IMG/VR virus record: IMGVR_UViG_2558860250_000001
Location: 1 to 64,000 of that record
Strand: one strand, 5' to 3'
DNA length: 64,000 bases
DNA from: a virus
Taxonomy: Duplodnaviria > Caudoviricetes
Shown here: positions 29,126-39,927 of the stretch, piece after piece
Numbering within the stretch: position 1 is the first letter of the stretch
How the letters are laid out: the number at the start of each line of letters is the position of its first letter
Notes under the pieces: model-generated
Seen by the model: only the letters and a program-made list of their open reading frames with translations
Database searches by the model: none
Told to the model about the DNA's origin: nothing
Made by a program: the position numbers and the translations under genes

Positions 29126-29929
29126 CTAATCGTCGATTTTACAGGTTTTTTCGTCTATAATTATAATTGGATTTACTTCGTTATATGTCCAATGCCACTT
29201 ATCCTTGTTGATATTGTTATCGTTCGGCATATGTACATAGAACCGTCTACGTTTCCCGCCATCTTCACCCGAATATTCCGCCGAACGTTTTCGCCTACGT
29301 GTTGAGTGCAAAACACATTGTTCGGGTTTCTCCATTAACACCTCCCAGTCTGTATCTGACGTGTCGCTTAACCTATACTCATATGTTGATTCTTCGTCGT
29401 AGTCGGTGCGTTCGATACCACATACACTAGGAAAATATTTCGCCAACGCAGACAGCGCGCTATTGTCGATTTCCCACCACCTGTCGTCGTTGTTGATTAC
29501 GCGCTGATTCCATTTTTCGATCTCATCACCAAAGTTACGCACATGGTCTGAATTCCATATCGTCTGTGGCTTAACACTACCGTCCGAATTGGATATGTAC
29601 TGTGCGATATGCAATAATGCTCGTTGTCTACGTTCGTGAAAACTCTGCTGGCTGATTCGAGATAAACGTGCGCATTCCTCGTCGTTCAATTCGGCCATAT
29701 AATAAAATGCGATTGCCTGTCTTTGGCGCGGAGTCATACACGTGCTATGGAGTGCTTCTTCCAGGTCTAATCGCATGACTACGGCATCGATATCCCCATT
29801 GAACATTTCACCGTGTCGCATCGCGTATAGGTCTTTCAGCAATCGGCCTACGCCGCGACTGGTTTCAGGGTAAACTGTGTCGTATGTAATTTCGTTCTTA
29901 TACAAATCGATATGTACGTGACTTCCCAT
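29126..29929 (-). CDS. Sigma-70 region-4-like HTH regulator (late transcription activator candidate)
   Basis: LDLEEAL...MTPRQRQAI..YY......E.A....ISQQ......RAL..I. Confidence 0.65.
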   Translation of the reverse strand: MGSHVHIDLYKNEITYDTVYPETSRGVGRLLKDLYAMRHGEMFNGDIDAVVMRLDLEEALHSTCMTPRQRQAIAFYYMAELNDEECARLSRISQQSFHERRQRALLHIAQYISNSDGSVKPQTIWNSDHVRNFGDEIEKWNQRVINNDDRWWEIDNSALSALAKYFPSVCGIERTDYDEESTYEYRLSDTSDTDWEVLMEKPEQCVLHSTRRRKRSAEYSGEDGGKRRRFYVHMPNDNNINKDKWHWTYNEVNPIIIIDEKTCKIDD

Positions 29930-30153
29930 TAAGCATCCTCCACTTGGCCATATACCCATTCGTTGGTGTAATAATATTCCTCGCCGTCATTTTCGTCGGT
30001 AAATGGGTCATTGATAGTCCAATCACATGCGGAACACATAACAAACCACTCAATTTCACCTGAATTGGCGTTTTCATCCTCCATATATAGCAATGTACTG
30101 TTGCAACAAGGGCAATTTTCGTAAAGCGTTTGACAATTGTTATCCATTGTCAT
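29929..30153 (-). CDS. Small zinc-ribbon protein
   Basis: CPCC..CSAC. Confidence 0.5.
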   Translation of the reverse strand: MTMDNNCQTLYENCPCCNSTLLYMEDENANSGEIEWFVMCSACDWTINDPFTDENDGEEYYYTNEWVYGQVEDA

Positions 30154-30539
30154 TCATCATCCTGCTCCAGATTGATGTCGATGTGAATCTCGTCTCCTAT
30201 GGTCGTAACAACTTGTCCCTTATTCGACCAATCGCTACTGTCATCTGACCATCGAATACCAACATAATCCAACTCCGTGTTGCCGCTTCGCAATTGAAAA
30301 TGTGTGATATCGGAATATTGTTTGACACGTTGGTATTCAGGTTTGTCGACAATTACCACCTTGGCTCTTTTAGCCGTCCTGAAGTAATGCGCGTTTTCTT
30401 TTTCCCGCAACAAGAGGTTATTCATACATATTGATTCGGTGATATCGTATAGATTTATATATCTAAAGTCAGAGCACGGAACCTCGATGTATTCGCAGTT
30501 CTCAAATACAATATGAATGTTGTCAACTGATTTATCCAT
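30150..30539 (-). CDS. Hypothetical phage protein
   Basis: RBS GAGGTG; coupled to next ORF. Confidence 0.55.
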   Translation of the reverse strand: MDKSVDNIHIVFENCEYIEVPCSDFRYINLYDITESICMNNLLLREKENAHYFRTAKRAKVVIVDKPEYQRVKQYSDITHFQLRSGNTELDYVGIRWSDDSSDWSNKGQVVTTIGDEIHIDINLEQDDE

Positions 30540-30722
30540 CTACACAGTCACCTCTTGTTGTTTAACTATTGTCGCCATTTTAGCACACCAACCGTTAATT
30601 TGTGCCCTAAGCGTACAACATCTGTAAGCTTTTTTTCATCTCTACCACAATGTTTATTCCTCCTCATTTTCAACTAAATACATGTTGCGTACTGGTGTGT
30701 ATAAGCGTGATGGATGGACTGT

Positions 30723-30950
30723 TTATTCAGCCAAACCAACTATTTCATACCACGCCCCCATGTTGCTTGGAGTCAAAGTAACAATGACAACATCGTTTGC
30801 ACTTGTCTTTGGATATATATTCCCGTTTTCATCGCAATACCAAAAGAATCCGTATCGTCTAGTAATAAACCAACGCTCATCTTGTGCGTAATTTGCTCTC
30901 GCAATTTCCCCTTCTTTCATGTGCTCTATCAACCAAGATAATCTAAACAC
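30723..30950 (-). CDS. Hypothetical protein
   Basis: GGAGG RBS. Confidence 0.5.
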   Translation of the reverse strand: MFRLSWLIEHMKEGEIARANYAQDERWFITRRYGFFWYCDENGNIYPKTSANDVVIVTLTPSNMGAWYEIVGLAE

Positions 30951-31222
30951 CGCGACATCGCCTCCAATCCATTTTCACTCCACTACATGTCGTCGCACGG
31001 TGCTCACCGTTTCCACAATTTCATACTGCGCGTACCCATGCTTACGTGCTTCTGATTCAGCCAATTCATGCGGAATAGGGTCTATACACGACGCATACTC
31101 CTTCTCGCTGCTTTCATCAAACAAGATAAGTTGATATGTACGATATACTTCCGCGTCATATTGGCGCGATGACATATGTGCCACCTCCAGTTTGAGTGGG
31201 GAAGGGGGTATCCCCCAACCCG

Positions 31223-31774
31223 TCAATCTTCATGACCGTACAGCGTGATGGTGCGGTCGTTGTCGTGGACAATATCACTCACACTACCAGCATCCAATTG
31301 ATTATCAAGTATATACACTTTCCTAATCAAAGATGACCTAATCACTGGTGCCAGTGCATTTATAACCTTATTGGAGACGGAGTGTTTCCTTGCGAATTGG
31401 TACACGGATGAATTAATCCCCATCGTCACATAGTACACGTTGTCGAAGGTTAAAAGTGCGGCCAATGCCGATGTGGTGGCACCGTCAAAATGCTTATAGT
31501 GTAAGACCACATCGCTAAACGTTGAATCGATAATCAAGTCGTACAATTGCTTGTTGATATAGCGTACATCTACAGGTTTGTCGCCTGGGACACCTAACAC
31601 TTTGCACAAATTCGAGTAGTACAGTTGTTGGTAACTGCTGTTCATTATTTCACCTGATACAGATTCAATCTCCTTCAGCGTATGTATCGTTTCCTTTGCT
31701 TGACGTTGCAACGCCTTCAAACCGCTAATCGCATCTGACACATCAATGTTTACGGTTGCCTTGATATCACTCAT
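31223..31774 (-). CDS. Hypothetical protein
   Basis: Start MSDIK behind AAGGAG; own promoter near 31800-31820. Confidence 0.55.
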   Translation of the reverse strand: MSDIKATVNIDVSDAISGLKALQRQAKETIHTLKEIESVSGEIMNSSYQQLYYSNLCKVLGVPGDKPVDVRYINKQLYDLIIDSTFSDVVLHYKHFDGATTSALAALLTFDNVYYVTMGINSSVYQFARKHSVSNKVINALAPVIRSSLIRKVYILDNQLDAGSVSDIVHDNDRTITLYGHED

Positions 31775-31845
31775 CTTCTCAACACTCTCCTTTGATTTAA
31801 TTATATCAATTATATCATACAATTCACATGTGGGATAGTATAAAC

Positions 31846-33582
31846 TCAAATTTTCGATTTGTACCAATCCAGTATTCCGTCATGCATGTTCTCGTTCATG
31901 TACGCAACACATTGTTGGATGATATCTGGACAGTCATCGTTCACGGTACTGCCTGTTGGCGTGAACTTTTCCAATTGGTCAAGCAACATGTAATGCGTTG
32001 GATTAAATCGCAATGAACCGTTTGACACCATCGGCTCCAACTCGGCGATACGGTCTTCTTTGGACTTGTTCTGTTTCGGTGGAACCTCTACAACCTTAGT
32101 TCCATACACATTTCGGCGCTGCAATTCCTCTAACAACTGATCGTAGAACGAACCTTGATACGCAGTTGATTCTACGATAAACACTTTTGGACGATATTGT
32201 TCGATAAAGTCTGCTGCCCGTTTCAACTGCTCGCTAACCTTCGCCTTGAACGGATCACAGTGAACAATGTACATGGCGCCGGACTCACTCTTCACAACAC
32301 GACCAATAACGATGAAATCACCTTTGGCTTTACCACGAGCTAAGTCAATACCAGCCACATCTTGTCTGCAATCCGCAATGGCAATTTTATGTCCGTGGTC
32401 GTATATGAACTCACCATCGAAATTCTCGTAATACGTGAAATTATCCTTGACAAACAGTTGTCTGGATTTGTCTATTGGATCATTTTGCTGCTCGGTTTGG
32501 AATGCCAATGGATTGGTGATTTTTAGATCCATCAACATTTTGTAATCACGTTTTTCCGGCCACAATACAACAGCGCCTCTGTTCATTTCCTCCTTATTAT
32601 CCTCGTAGAATTTCTGGCTTTCTGGCCCACGATTAGGGTTACTGAAGTCCTTTACAATAGTCTCATATTGATGCCATAAGTCCTGTCGGTCAGCGTCACG
32701 AATCACAGCTTGCCAGAACAATGTTTCCCATTCATGTTGTCGTTTTGTGTATATCTGATGAAGCAACGAGTCGTACGCCAAAATAGTACCGGCATAAAAG
32801 TATTTACTATTACGACTATCGCCCAATGGCATGAACTCTTTGTCGAACTTGTCCACCATTTTTTGTATAGCTTCGCGATTAGTAACGTTTTCACGATCTT
32901 CTAAGTCATCGAAAATCAAATCTGGTCGAGATACTCCGCTACGCGCACCACGCAAAGGTGAGTCTGCGCCGTAACACTCGATGGTGATACCGTTTAGCGT
33001 TGTAATTGCGTCTTCTCTGTCCATGATGTTCCGTTGGGGAACTTCAGACATTAACTCGCCGAAATCCTCACGAAACTTTTTGTTATATTTCAGTACATCT
33101 TTAATGAACTTCATCAGACGGACAACGGTTGGACGCATGGCTGATATGAAAATTGTATAGTTGGTCAATTCATAAGCAATACTATGTATGATATTGATTT
33201 GCGATATGACGGCGCTTTTCGCGTGTTCGCGTGGCGCAATAATAGCCAGTCTCGCTACACCAGGTCTGTCCTTGACCTCCAACACCTTTTTCGCCATCTC
33301 ATAATGAAATGGTGGGGAAGGGGTCTCATTGCGCAATAGAAACTGTTCTGGATTACTGCCGCGTTCTTCGGATAGATATTCCTTGGCAAACTCCATCATA
33401 TCCCATCGGCACCGTTCAATGCGCTCCAACTTTTTCAATTCCGCATTGACAGTGAGCAACACCTGTCTGTCCACAGTTGACAAATTTTCTATCTTACCGC
33501 TGGCTTTCCGCACAAGTTTCTTCTTAATTTCCTCAAGTTTGTCGATGCGTTCGCGACGCTGTTTATCCTTTTCTGTTAACAT
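31846..33582 (-). CDS. terL: Terminase large subunit
   Basis: APREHAKS Walker A, RGAR..RPDLIFDDLED Walker B, GT coupling motif, GIDLA, DDCPD nuclease acidic residues. Confidence 0.93.
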   Translation of the reverse strand: MLTEKDKQRRERIDKLEEIKKKLVRKASGKIENLSTVDRQVLLTVNAELKKLERIERCRWDMMEFAKEYLSEERGSNPEQFLLRNETPSPPFHYEMAKKVLEVKDRPGVARLAIIAPREHAKSAVISQINIIHSIAYELTNYTIFISAMRPTVVRLMKFIKDVLKYNKKFREDFGELMSEVPQRNIMDREDAITTLNGITIECYGADSPLRGARSGVSRPDLIFDDLEDRENVTNREAIQKMVDKFDKEFMPLGDSRNSKYFYAGTILAYDSLLHQIYTKRQHEWETLFWQAVIRDADRQDLWHQYETIVKDFSNPNRGPESQKFYEDNKEEMNRGAVVLWPEKRDYKMLMDLKITNPLAFQTEQQNDPIDKSRQLFVKDNFTYYENFDGEFIYDHGHKIAIADCRQDVAGIDLARGKAKGDFIVIGRVVKSESGAMYIVHCDPFKAKVSEQLKRAADFIEQYRPKVFIVESTAYQGSFYDQLLEELQRRNVYGTKVVEVPPKQNKSKEDRIAELEPMVSNGSLRFNPTHYMLLDQLEKFTPTGSTVNDDCPDIIQQCVAYMNENMHDGILDWYKSKI

Positions 33583-34112
33583 CTCACCAACTCACTTTCT
33601 GCCAAACCGAGTGACAATGCTTCATCCGCATATATGTACCATTCGTTCACTGTACCTTTAATTTGATCTAGCTGTTCTTGCCTAATTTTCGTCTTACTGA
33701 TTACGTAGTCGTCGTACATTTTCATCCAGCGCGTATCTTCTTTTTGTCGTCGCATACGTTCAGTCAAAGTGCCCCATGTGCACCCGTTCATGTCGTGGTA
33801 CATAAAAATGGCCAAATTATGTACAAATCTCTTATGACCAGATAGAAATATAAGCAACGACATACTAGCCACTAATCCCATTGCGACAGTATGAATCGGT
33901 GTTTCACTTGACTCTATAGCACCTACTAATGCAAATCCATCCGTAACGTTGCCGCCAGGACTATTGATAGCCAGTGTAATCGGTAAACGCTGATGGCCAA
34001 CCACCTTCAATACCTGTTCATCATCGTGGTTGTTAATCTCATTTATTTTCTCAATTAGTTTAGAAACTGTACCACTATTAATCTCATCAAATAACAACAA
34101 TCTCCGATTCAA
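33576..34112 (-). CDS. clpP: ClpP-like serine protease (S14)
   Basis: INSPGG.V, G.VASM, FMYH, ADEAL.LGL. Confidence 0.85.
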   Translation of the reverse strand: MNRRLLLFDEINSGTVSKLIEKINEINNHDDEQVLKVVGHQRLPITLAINSPGGNVTDGFALVGAIESSETPIHTVAMGLVASMSLLIFLSGHKRFVHNLAIFMYHDMNGCTWGTLTERMRRQKEDTRWMKMYDDYVISKTKIRQEQLDQIKGTVNEWYIYADEALSLGLAESELVRC

Positions 34113-34350
34113 CTCATCACCACCTTTGGAATATACGTGCTACGTTCACCATTGCATCAGTGATTCCGATAACCAACGCCAACACAATCACCGAAAAAAA
34201 GATACGGGTGTGTCATTGCCCATAGCCACATACTGTTCACCCCTTATAATTCGTTGTTTGAGGCACCTAGCGTCCATTCTGACGGCTTTTGTATCATCGC
34301 ATGATAAAATGGTCGTACGCATCATATCCAAGCGTTAAATGTGCCAAGTT

Positions 34351-35070
34351 TTAACGTTTTTCTAATCTCACATTAAATATTTGTACCATGTCATCTGCCA
34401 CTTCCATTGGCATCAAATATTGTCGTGCGAATTCTTTCCCTTGTAATCCGCGACGATATGTAGCCATGACAGGATATCGTTTGCGTATCAATGACATCAC
34501 CTTACGATCCTCTGTATATCCAGCGATATGTTCATCATCGTACTTCCACAATCGATTATGTACGCTCATCATCGCATTCACACTCCTCGCACAATTCACC
34601 GCAACTACCACAACGGTCACATTCGCATCGACCTATCCATAGGTTGCATTGTTCACAACGCCTAAACCATTCACCGTCAATCGGTCGCCATCCGCAATCA
34701 GCACATCTGTAATCGTCCACCATATATCCACGCCCATCACGGTCGATGCCATCCAAATATGTATCGCACACTAAATCAGCATTGCATCGTGGGCATGTGT
34801 GGTCACTCAATATCATCACGTATTGTCAACTCATCAAACATCTCCTTATTGTTGGTATCTAGCGCATAGTCGATTAACATTTTGCGCACCAATTTCTCCG
34901 CATCCTTGGTGTCGCCTAGTCGTGGCGTAAATTCTTTGATGGAAGATATGTACCGCCTGTACATGCCGTTGTCATATGTAATTATCCCTTGTAGATGTTG
35001 AATGTTGTACTTGCGGCACAATACAAACAACTCTAAGAAGAATTTATTCATGTCTTCGGCATTCACGATG
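34351..35070 (-). other. Three small hypothetical genes (34351-~34570, Cys-rich 34556-~34813, 34803-~35066)
   Basis: Overlapping stop/start chain behind a promoter near 35090-35115. Confidence 0.45.
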
Positions 35071-35208
35071 ACACCTCCAATTTGTTTTAATTTAATTATA
35101 TCGATTATATAATACAAAATCAATAGTTGCTTTGATATAAAAATGGCGGTATATTGTGTGCATAACTTCGCTATAATGATTTTAACGAAGCACATGGAGG
35201 CGATGATG

Positions 35209-36096
35209 ATGCTGACAACGAGTGTGTCGTCTGCGGATACAAATTATATCAACTTGTACTTGTCAATGTATGAAACGCAGAGCGTTGAAACGATGAAAGT
35301 GTACGAAAACACAATTTCTGGATTCGTTCGATTTGTTGGCAAACCACTTAATACGGTCACGGTAGGGGATATCATCGAATACCAGAAGTCGATATCACAC
35401 TTGGCTGTATCCACACAACGCCGGATGATTAGTACGCTTAAATCATTGTACAAATTTCTCGGCGGCCAACCAGGGTATCTTATCGCCAATCCATTCGCCG
35501 TATACAAATTGCCGAAGGAACAGAAGAATGAAACAATTGAGCGAGTGTTGTCGCATGATGAGGTGGAATTAATTCGTTCATATTTACGGTCGCACAATAC
35601 TCGTGACTGGCTATTGGTGACGATGTTGTATACAACCGGTTTGCGTGTTAGTGAATTAATCAACGCCACCTGGAACGATGTATATTATGACGAAGAAGGA
35701 CATTGCGGATTGCGTGTGGTGGGGAAGGGGAACAAAGTCCGCTACGTGAAATTGCAATGTGCTTTAGTCGATGCGTTACAACATTACCGTTCGGACTGTG
35801 GATTGGATGAGGTAGAGGATGCACCACTATTTGTTAGTCGACGAGGAACTAAATTGACGAAAGAAGCCGTAGAGCAAATGGTGCGCAAAACTGTCAAAGA
35901 GGTTGGTATTCATAAACGAGTCACGCCACACTGGTTTAGACATAGTGCAGCAACATCGGCACTGTATAACGGGGCGAATGTGCATCAGGTGCAACAATTA
36001 CTCGGCCACAGTGACATGCGCGTTACCAGTCGATACGTTCACACAATCAATAAGTTACGTGACTCGGCTGTGGATTTTATCAACGTGGAAATGTGA
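35209..36096 (+). CDS. Tyrosine recombinase, XerC/D-like
   Basis: TGLRVSEL, GKGNK, HWFRHS, LLGH, RY (R-K-H-R-H-Y); SAM-like N-terminus. Confidence 0.95.
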   Translation: MLTTSVSSADTNYINLYLSMYETQSVETMKVYENTISGFVRFVGKPLNTVTVGDIIEYQKSISHLAVSTQRRMISTLKSLYKFLGGQPGYLIANPFAVYKLPKEQKNETIERVLSHDEVELIRSYLRSHNTRDWLLVTMLYTTGLRVSELINATWNDVYYDEEGHCGLRVVGKGNKVRYVKLQCALVDALQHYRSDCGLDEVEDAPLFVSRRGTKLTKEAVEQMVRKTVKEVGIHKRVTPHWFRHSAATSALYNGANVHQVQQLLGHSDMRVTSRYVHTINKLRDSAVDFINVEM

Positions 36097-36145
36097 TCAT
36101 AGAACACTTAATGTTATATTTTGAACACCAAATTATAATATTTAA

Positions 36146-36166
36146 GGGTGGCCGTAATGACCACCC
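36146..36166. terminator. Hairpin between convergent recombinase and DUF262 genes
   Basis: GGGTGG-N9-CCACCC. Confidence 0.55.
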
Positions 36167-36172
36167 CCAATT

Positions 36173-37249
36173 TTATGCACTCAATTGGTCTTCGTTTCTC
36201 CTGCGTCCACGTGGGCGAGGAATCTTTGGCTGATACACCGGTGCATCATCAATGTGCTTCTCAAAATCGCGTATCATAACATTAATACGCTTTTGCACAT
36301 TTTCCTTTTTAGCACTACCGCCACGAGTGGCTTCGTTATAGGCGCTCCCATTTCGTTGCCGATTAAAGAATTGCTGTGCCCATCCGCCAAACTTTAATGG
36401 TGGCACTTCTAACTCCAATGCTTTCATAGCCACTATGAACAAATTGGGCAAGTGTGTTTTACGCAGGAATGTTTCGCGTTTAGCGCCTTCTACAATAGGG
36501 AACGCTTCACCCAAATAGTCGGTCACAACATTGATTGTTTCAGACACTTTATCTGATATGCCTGTGTCGCGTAACCACTTGACGAATTCTTTTACGGACG
36601 CACCACCGATATCAGCACCTGCGCCATCATTGGCTACCAATAGCATAATCTGTAAAATCAACTCTTCATGAGTGAATCGACTACGCATTGTCGATGTGAA
36701 ATTGACACTATCGGTGAAAAATGGCTTTGTTACGATTGACTCCACAAACTCAATTACATCCGACCCAGCCATAGCGCGCGTCAACTCAATTGGTTTTAGT
36801 GCAATACCACGGTTGAGACGGATAAAGGCCTCTTCAATCTGCTCCTCAGTCATGCCACGCATCTGCACAAACTCGATAGAAGCGTTGTTAAACCTTTGCC
36901 GAAGTATTTCTGGTAGTTCTTTATATGTCAAGTTAGCAATTTCATATTCCTCATCATCCAACTCAACGGAAGGTGTATTGTCGGCCAAAGCGTATTCTCC
37001 ATCAATGAATCCCAATATTGCCCTTGTACGTTGTTTACCGTTTAGCACCCACAGGTATGTGTCACCTTTGTCAACCGCATAAATGTCAGGCACAGGATAA
37101 CCTTGTGTCAACGAGTGGATAAGTAGGGACTTATCTTCTAGTTTCCATACGTCATTACGTTGAAATTTTATATCTAGTCGAATCTGCTTGCGTTCGAGAG
37201 CAATTTGTCCAACAGTCTTACTAACCCTAGATGTACTAATCACGTCCAC
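36173..37249 (-). CDS. DUF262 (ParB/Srx-like, GmrSD N-terminal type) domain protein
   Basis: FQR..VW......LI.S...GYPVP.I, VLNGKQR, F.RLN.G..L. Confidence 0.85.
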   Translation of the reverse strand: MDVISTSRVSKTVGQIALERKQIRLDIKFQRNDVWKLEDKSLLIHSLTQGYPVPDIYAVDKGDTYLWVLNGKQRTRAILGFIDGEYALADNTPSVELDDEEYEIANLTYKELPEILRQRFNNASIEFVQMRGMTEEQIEEAFIRLNRGIALKPIELTRAMAGSDVIEFVESIVTKPFFTDSVNFTSTMRSRFTHEELILQIMLLVANDGAGADIGGASVKEFVKWLRDTGISDKVSETINVVTDYLGEAFPIVEGAKRETFLRKTHLPNLFIVAMKALELEVPPLKFGGWAQQFFNRQRNGSAYNEATRGGSAKKENVQKRINVMIRDFEKHIDDAPVYQPKIPRPRGRRRNEDQLSA

Positions 37250-37291
37250 ACTCTCCTTATGGAATTCTTAATTGCATTATACCACGTTTAA

Positions 37292-39730
37292 TCAAATTTT
37301 AGACCGCAATCTGATATCGCGTAATACGTCATTGATTGGGCGACCGTACCGTTTGCTGTGTTCACGTGTAAGTGCGCTGTTGTATCGTGTTTCATAACGT
37401 TTGTATACAAGAGGTGGCGCATGATATAAGAATGGTGTTTGATACTCGCCACTGGTATCCCGCCACACAGCTATAAACTGGAAACGCTTAACCTGTTCTT
37501 TCGCTTCCTCTGGTGTAAATGTAGGAGTGAGAACATCCTTGAGCCGTGTGAATACGTCGAGTGAACTGTTGTTGCCAAGATGCCAGTTGACGCCACTGGA
37601 CATTAGTACATCAGTGAAATCCTTCGTCAACTTTTTGAAGTCATAAAACGCGAATATTGGTGCGATGCGATATTTCGGCCCCTCATACAACATGCGCTGT
37701 AAAAATGATACAAGTCCAGGTGTTTCATATTGATGTGGTTCGTTAAAAATGCAATACGTACGCCCACCACATCCACTTATTTTCGTAAGGAATATGACCA
37801 ATGTCAGCCAATGCATAATTGTTTTCACCGCCATTGGTCCTAAGTCACGTGATGGTATACGAACAATTATCACTTTGTTCTCGTTCATCCATTTGCCCCA
37901 CGTAATTTTAGGATTATATCGTTGACCGAACAGTGGCTTGAGGAAGGCGTCGCGTTGTATCTTGTTTAAACGTGTAATGATTGGTGCAGCTACCGTTGCA
38001 CGCATACTGTCTGACGATAATTCGTTAAATTGCTGTAGTGCGTCGATAGCTTCCTCGTCGTTCAACTCGTGTAGTACCTTTTCGCGTAATTGTGCGTTTG
38101 TTAGCAATGACCGTATCATGACAGGATCGGCATTTGCCGCTTGTGCGAACCCTTGTAAATAATCTTCGGTACGATGTTCATCACCGTCGCCCATTAGGAA
38201 TGAGGTCAACTCTTGCGCGATTCTGTTGCGAATAATACGCGCTGATTTGAATGACGCAATATCTTGCAATCCAAGATATATCGGGTACTCGTAGTCACCC
38301 AAGTTCAAATCAATCACATCATCCTGATTCAGCGCATCGCGTACCGAATCAGACATACCACGTTCACCACGTTCATCAATCGCGTCTAATATGACAGTTC
38401 CAATATTATGTTTCTTCTTGGCTTCAACAATAAAGTTGACAATGGCCATATCCTTGCCTGCACGTGGAGATGCAACAAATGCACGAGGTGTAAATAACAT
38501 ATCATCATCTTTAGTGGGGAGGAAAACTGGTTTCGATTCTCCACGATATACGACATCGCCCATGTATATACCTTTATCATCCGTAAACACACTCGGCACT
38601 TCAACTTCAACGGTACGATTAGCCTCCAACACATCTTTATATTCCTGTTGCAAGTCTGATGTTGGCAATTGTACCAACTTACCGATCTCTTCGTTGCTGA
38701 GTAACACAGGATCACGGTCAATCACGTTGTATTGTAGATGATTACACATATCAACTATTCCAATGCGACGTGGTTCAATCACCAATTGATTTTTTCCATT
38801 CAACTCGACAAACGACGCACCAACACTCTGTATCAACATATCACGACGCACACGATCTTCTGAGTGAATCAATACGTACAATGACGATTTGAATACAGGT
38901 CGATTTTGTTTGTTCATCGTATCTGAACCTAATTCACCATCAACCAGTAATCGTTGTCGTTCTAAATCCTTTATCTCAAGACGCCCTATTGTTATTTGGT
39001 CTGACTTACGAGTGCTAAATACACTTTGCTCAATTCCGTTGACGACATCTTCTGTCATATCGACTATTTGATTCACCGTACCCGTCACAAGTTTGCTGGC
39101 TGATTGAACCGCATTGGCGGGTTTTATTTTATTGCGTTGCGGCACTTTATCGTTGTTCCAAATATGCCACGCGTAATCAGCCGAGCGCTTCCATTTCATA
39201 CGAGGATATGCTTCAAATCGCATGTGAAGCGATACTTTGTCGCCTGGTTTGAGTTGACGAATGACATCCATCAAATTGCGTAGTGGGGAAGTCTGTTCAC
39301 TGTAATTACATCGCAGGCTGAATATGTTGTTTCGTATCAATCTCAATTCGCCAACGGATGTATTGTTTGGTGTTACGTTAACGTCATCAGTCGATGCCTC
39401 TGTCAACGTATTGTTGTGCCATTGGTCGTGATTGGCGAGACGTAGTTTCAAGGTGTCATTAAATGTATCTGTGACAGCCATATAAAATTGTATCTGTCGC
39501 TGTTCATTTTCGTCGCACATCAACTGTACAATCCACCAAATATCATCCTTGTTGCGTACTTCGATATGTTTTCCTCGCCGTATTGTGCGTGTAGAAATGG
39601 GGGAGTAGAGGGACATTAATTCATGTAACACTAACCACAAACGTCTATTTTGACTGTTTAATACGGACTTGTGTGGCGTGATGCGATAAATGCGATGTGT
39701 GTTAGGGATGATTCGGATAGGCGAGTACAT
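37292..39730 (-). CDS. VirD4/TraG/HerA-FtsK-superfamily ATPase-like protein with degenerate motifs
   Basis: ASPRAGKD (Walker A-like), CIFNEPHQY (Walker B-like), EGPKY, PI..RL..I; long N-terminal domain. Confidence 0.65.
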   Translation of the reverse strand: MYSPIRIIPNTHRIYRITPHKSVLNSQNRRLWLVLHELMSLYSPISTRTIRRGKHIEVRNKDDIWWIVQLMCDENEQRQIQFYMAVTDTFNDTLKLRLANHDQWHNNTLTEASTDDVNVTPNNTSVGELRLIRNNIFSLRCNYSEQTSPLRNLMDVIRQLKPGDKVSLHMRFEAYPRMKWKRSADYAWHIWNNDKVPQRNKIKPANAVQSASKLVTGTVNQIVDMTEDVVNGIEQSVFSTRKSDQITIGRLEIKDLERQRLLVDGELGSDTMNKQNRPVFKSSLYVLIHSEDRVRRDMLIQSVGASFVELNGKNQLVIEPRRIGIVDMCNHLQYNVIDRDPVLLSNEEIGKLVQLPTSDLQQEYKDVLEANRTVEVEVPSVFTDDKGIYMGDVVYRGESKPVFLPTKDDDMLFTPRAFVASPRAGKDMAIVNFIVEAKKKHNIGTVILDAIDERGERGMSDSVRDALNQDDVIDLNLGDYEYPIYLGLQDIASFKSARIIRNRIAQELTSFLMGDGDEHRTEDYLQGFAQAANADPVMIRSLLTNAQLREKVLHELNDEEAIDALQQFNELSSDSMRATVAAPIITRLNKIQRDAFLKPLFGQRYNPKITWGKWMNENKVIIVRIPSRDLGPMAVKTIMHWLTLVIFLTKISGCGGRTYCIFNEPHQYETPGLVSFLQRMLYEGPKYRIAPIFAFYDFKKLTKDFTDVLMSSGVNWHLGNNSSLDVFTRLKDVLTPTFTPEEAKEQVKRFQFIAVWRDTSGEYQTPFLYHAPPLVYKRYETRYNSALTREHSKRYGRPINDVLRDIRLRSKI

Positions 39731-39742
39731 ACGGACACTCCC

Positions 39743-39922
39743 TTAAAATAAATGCTCGATTATGTCATTCAACATATAAGCATCGAATGACCATAAACTG
39801 TGCGAATGTTGAAGTACCGATGCCAATTCGATCAATTGTATATCATTGGCATGTTTCGCAAAATCAATGAGTTGTTGCTTGTTGTCTGTATCAAATTGCG
39901 TTCCACCTATCACGACTACCAT
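39743..39922 (-). CDS. Small hypothetical protein
   Basis: Fills gap in operon; GAAGGGA RBS. Confidence 0.45.
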   Translation of the reverse strand: MVVVIGGTQFDTDNKQQLIDFAKHANDIQLIELASVLQHSHSLWSFDAYMLNDIIEHLF

Positions 39923-39927
39923 ATTAG

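Noticed and set aside
36173-39730. DUF262 + HerA-like pair as a two-gene defence system
   Set aside because: DUF262 has its own promoter, and the ATPase is the last gene of the membrane/M23 operon; adjacency alone is insufficient
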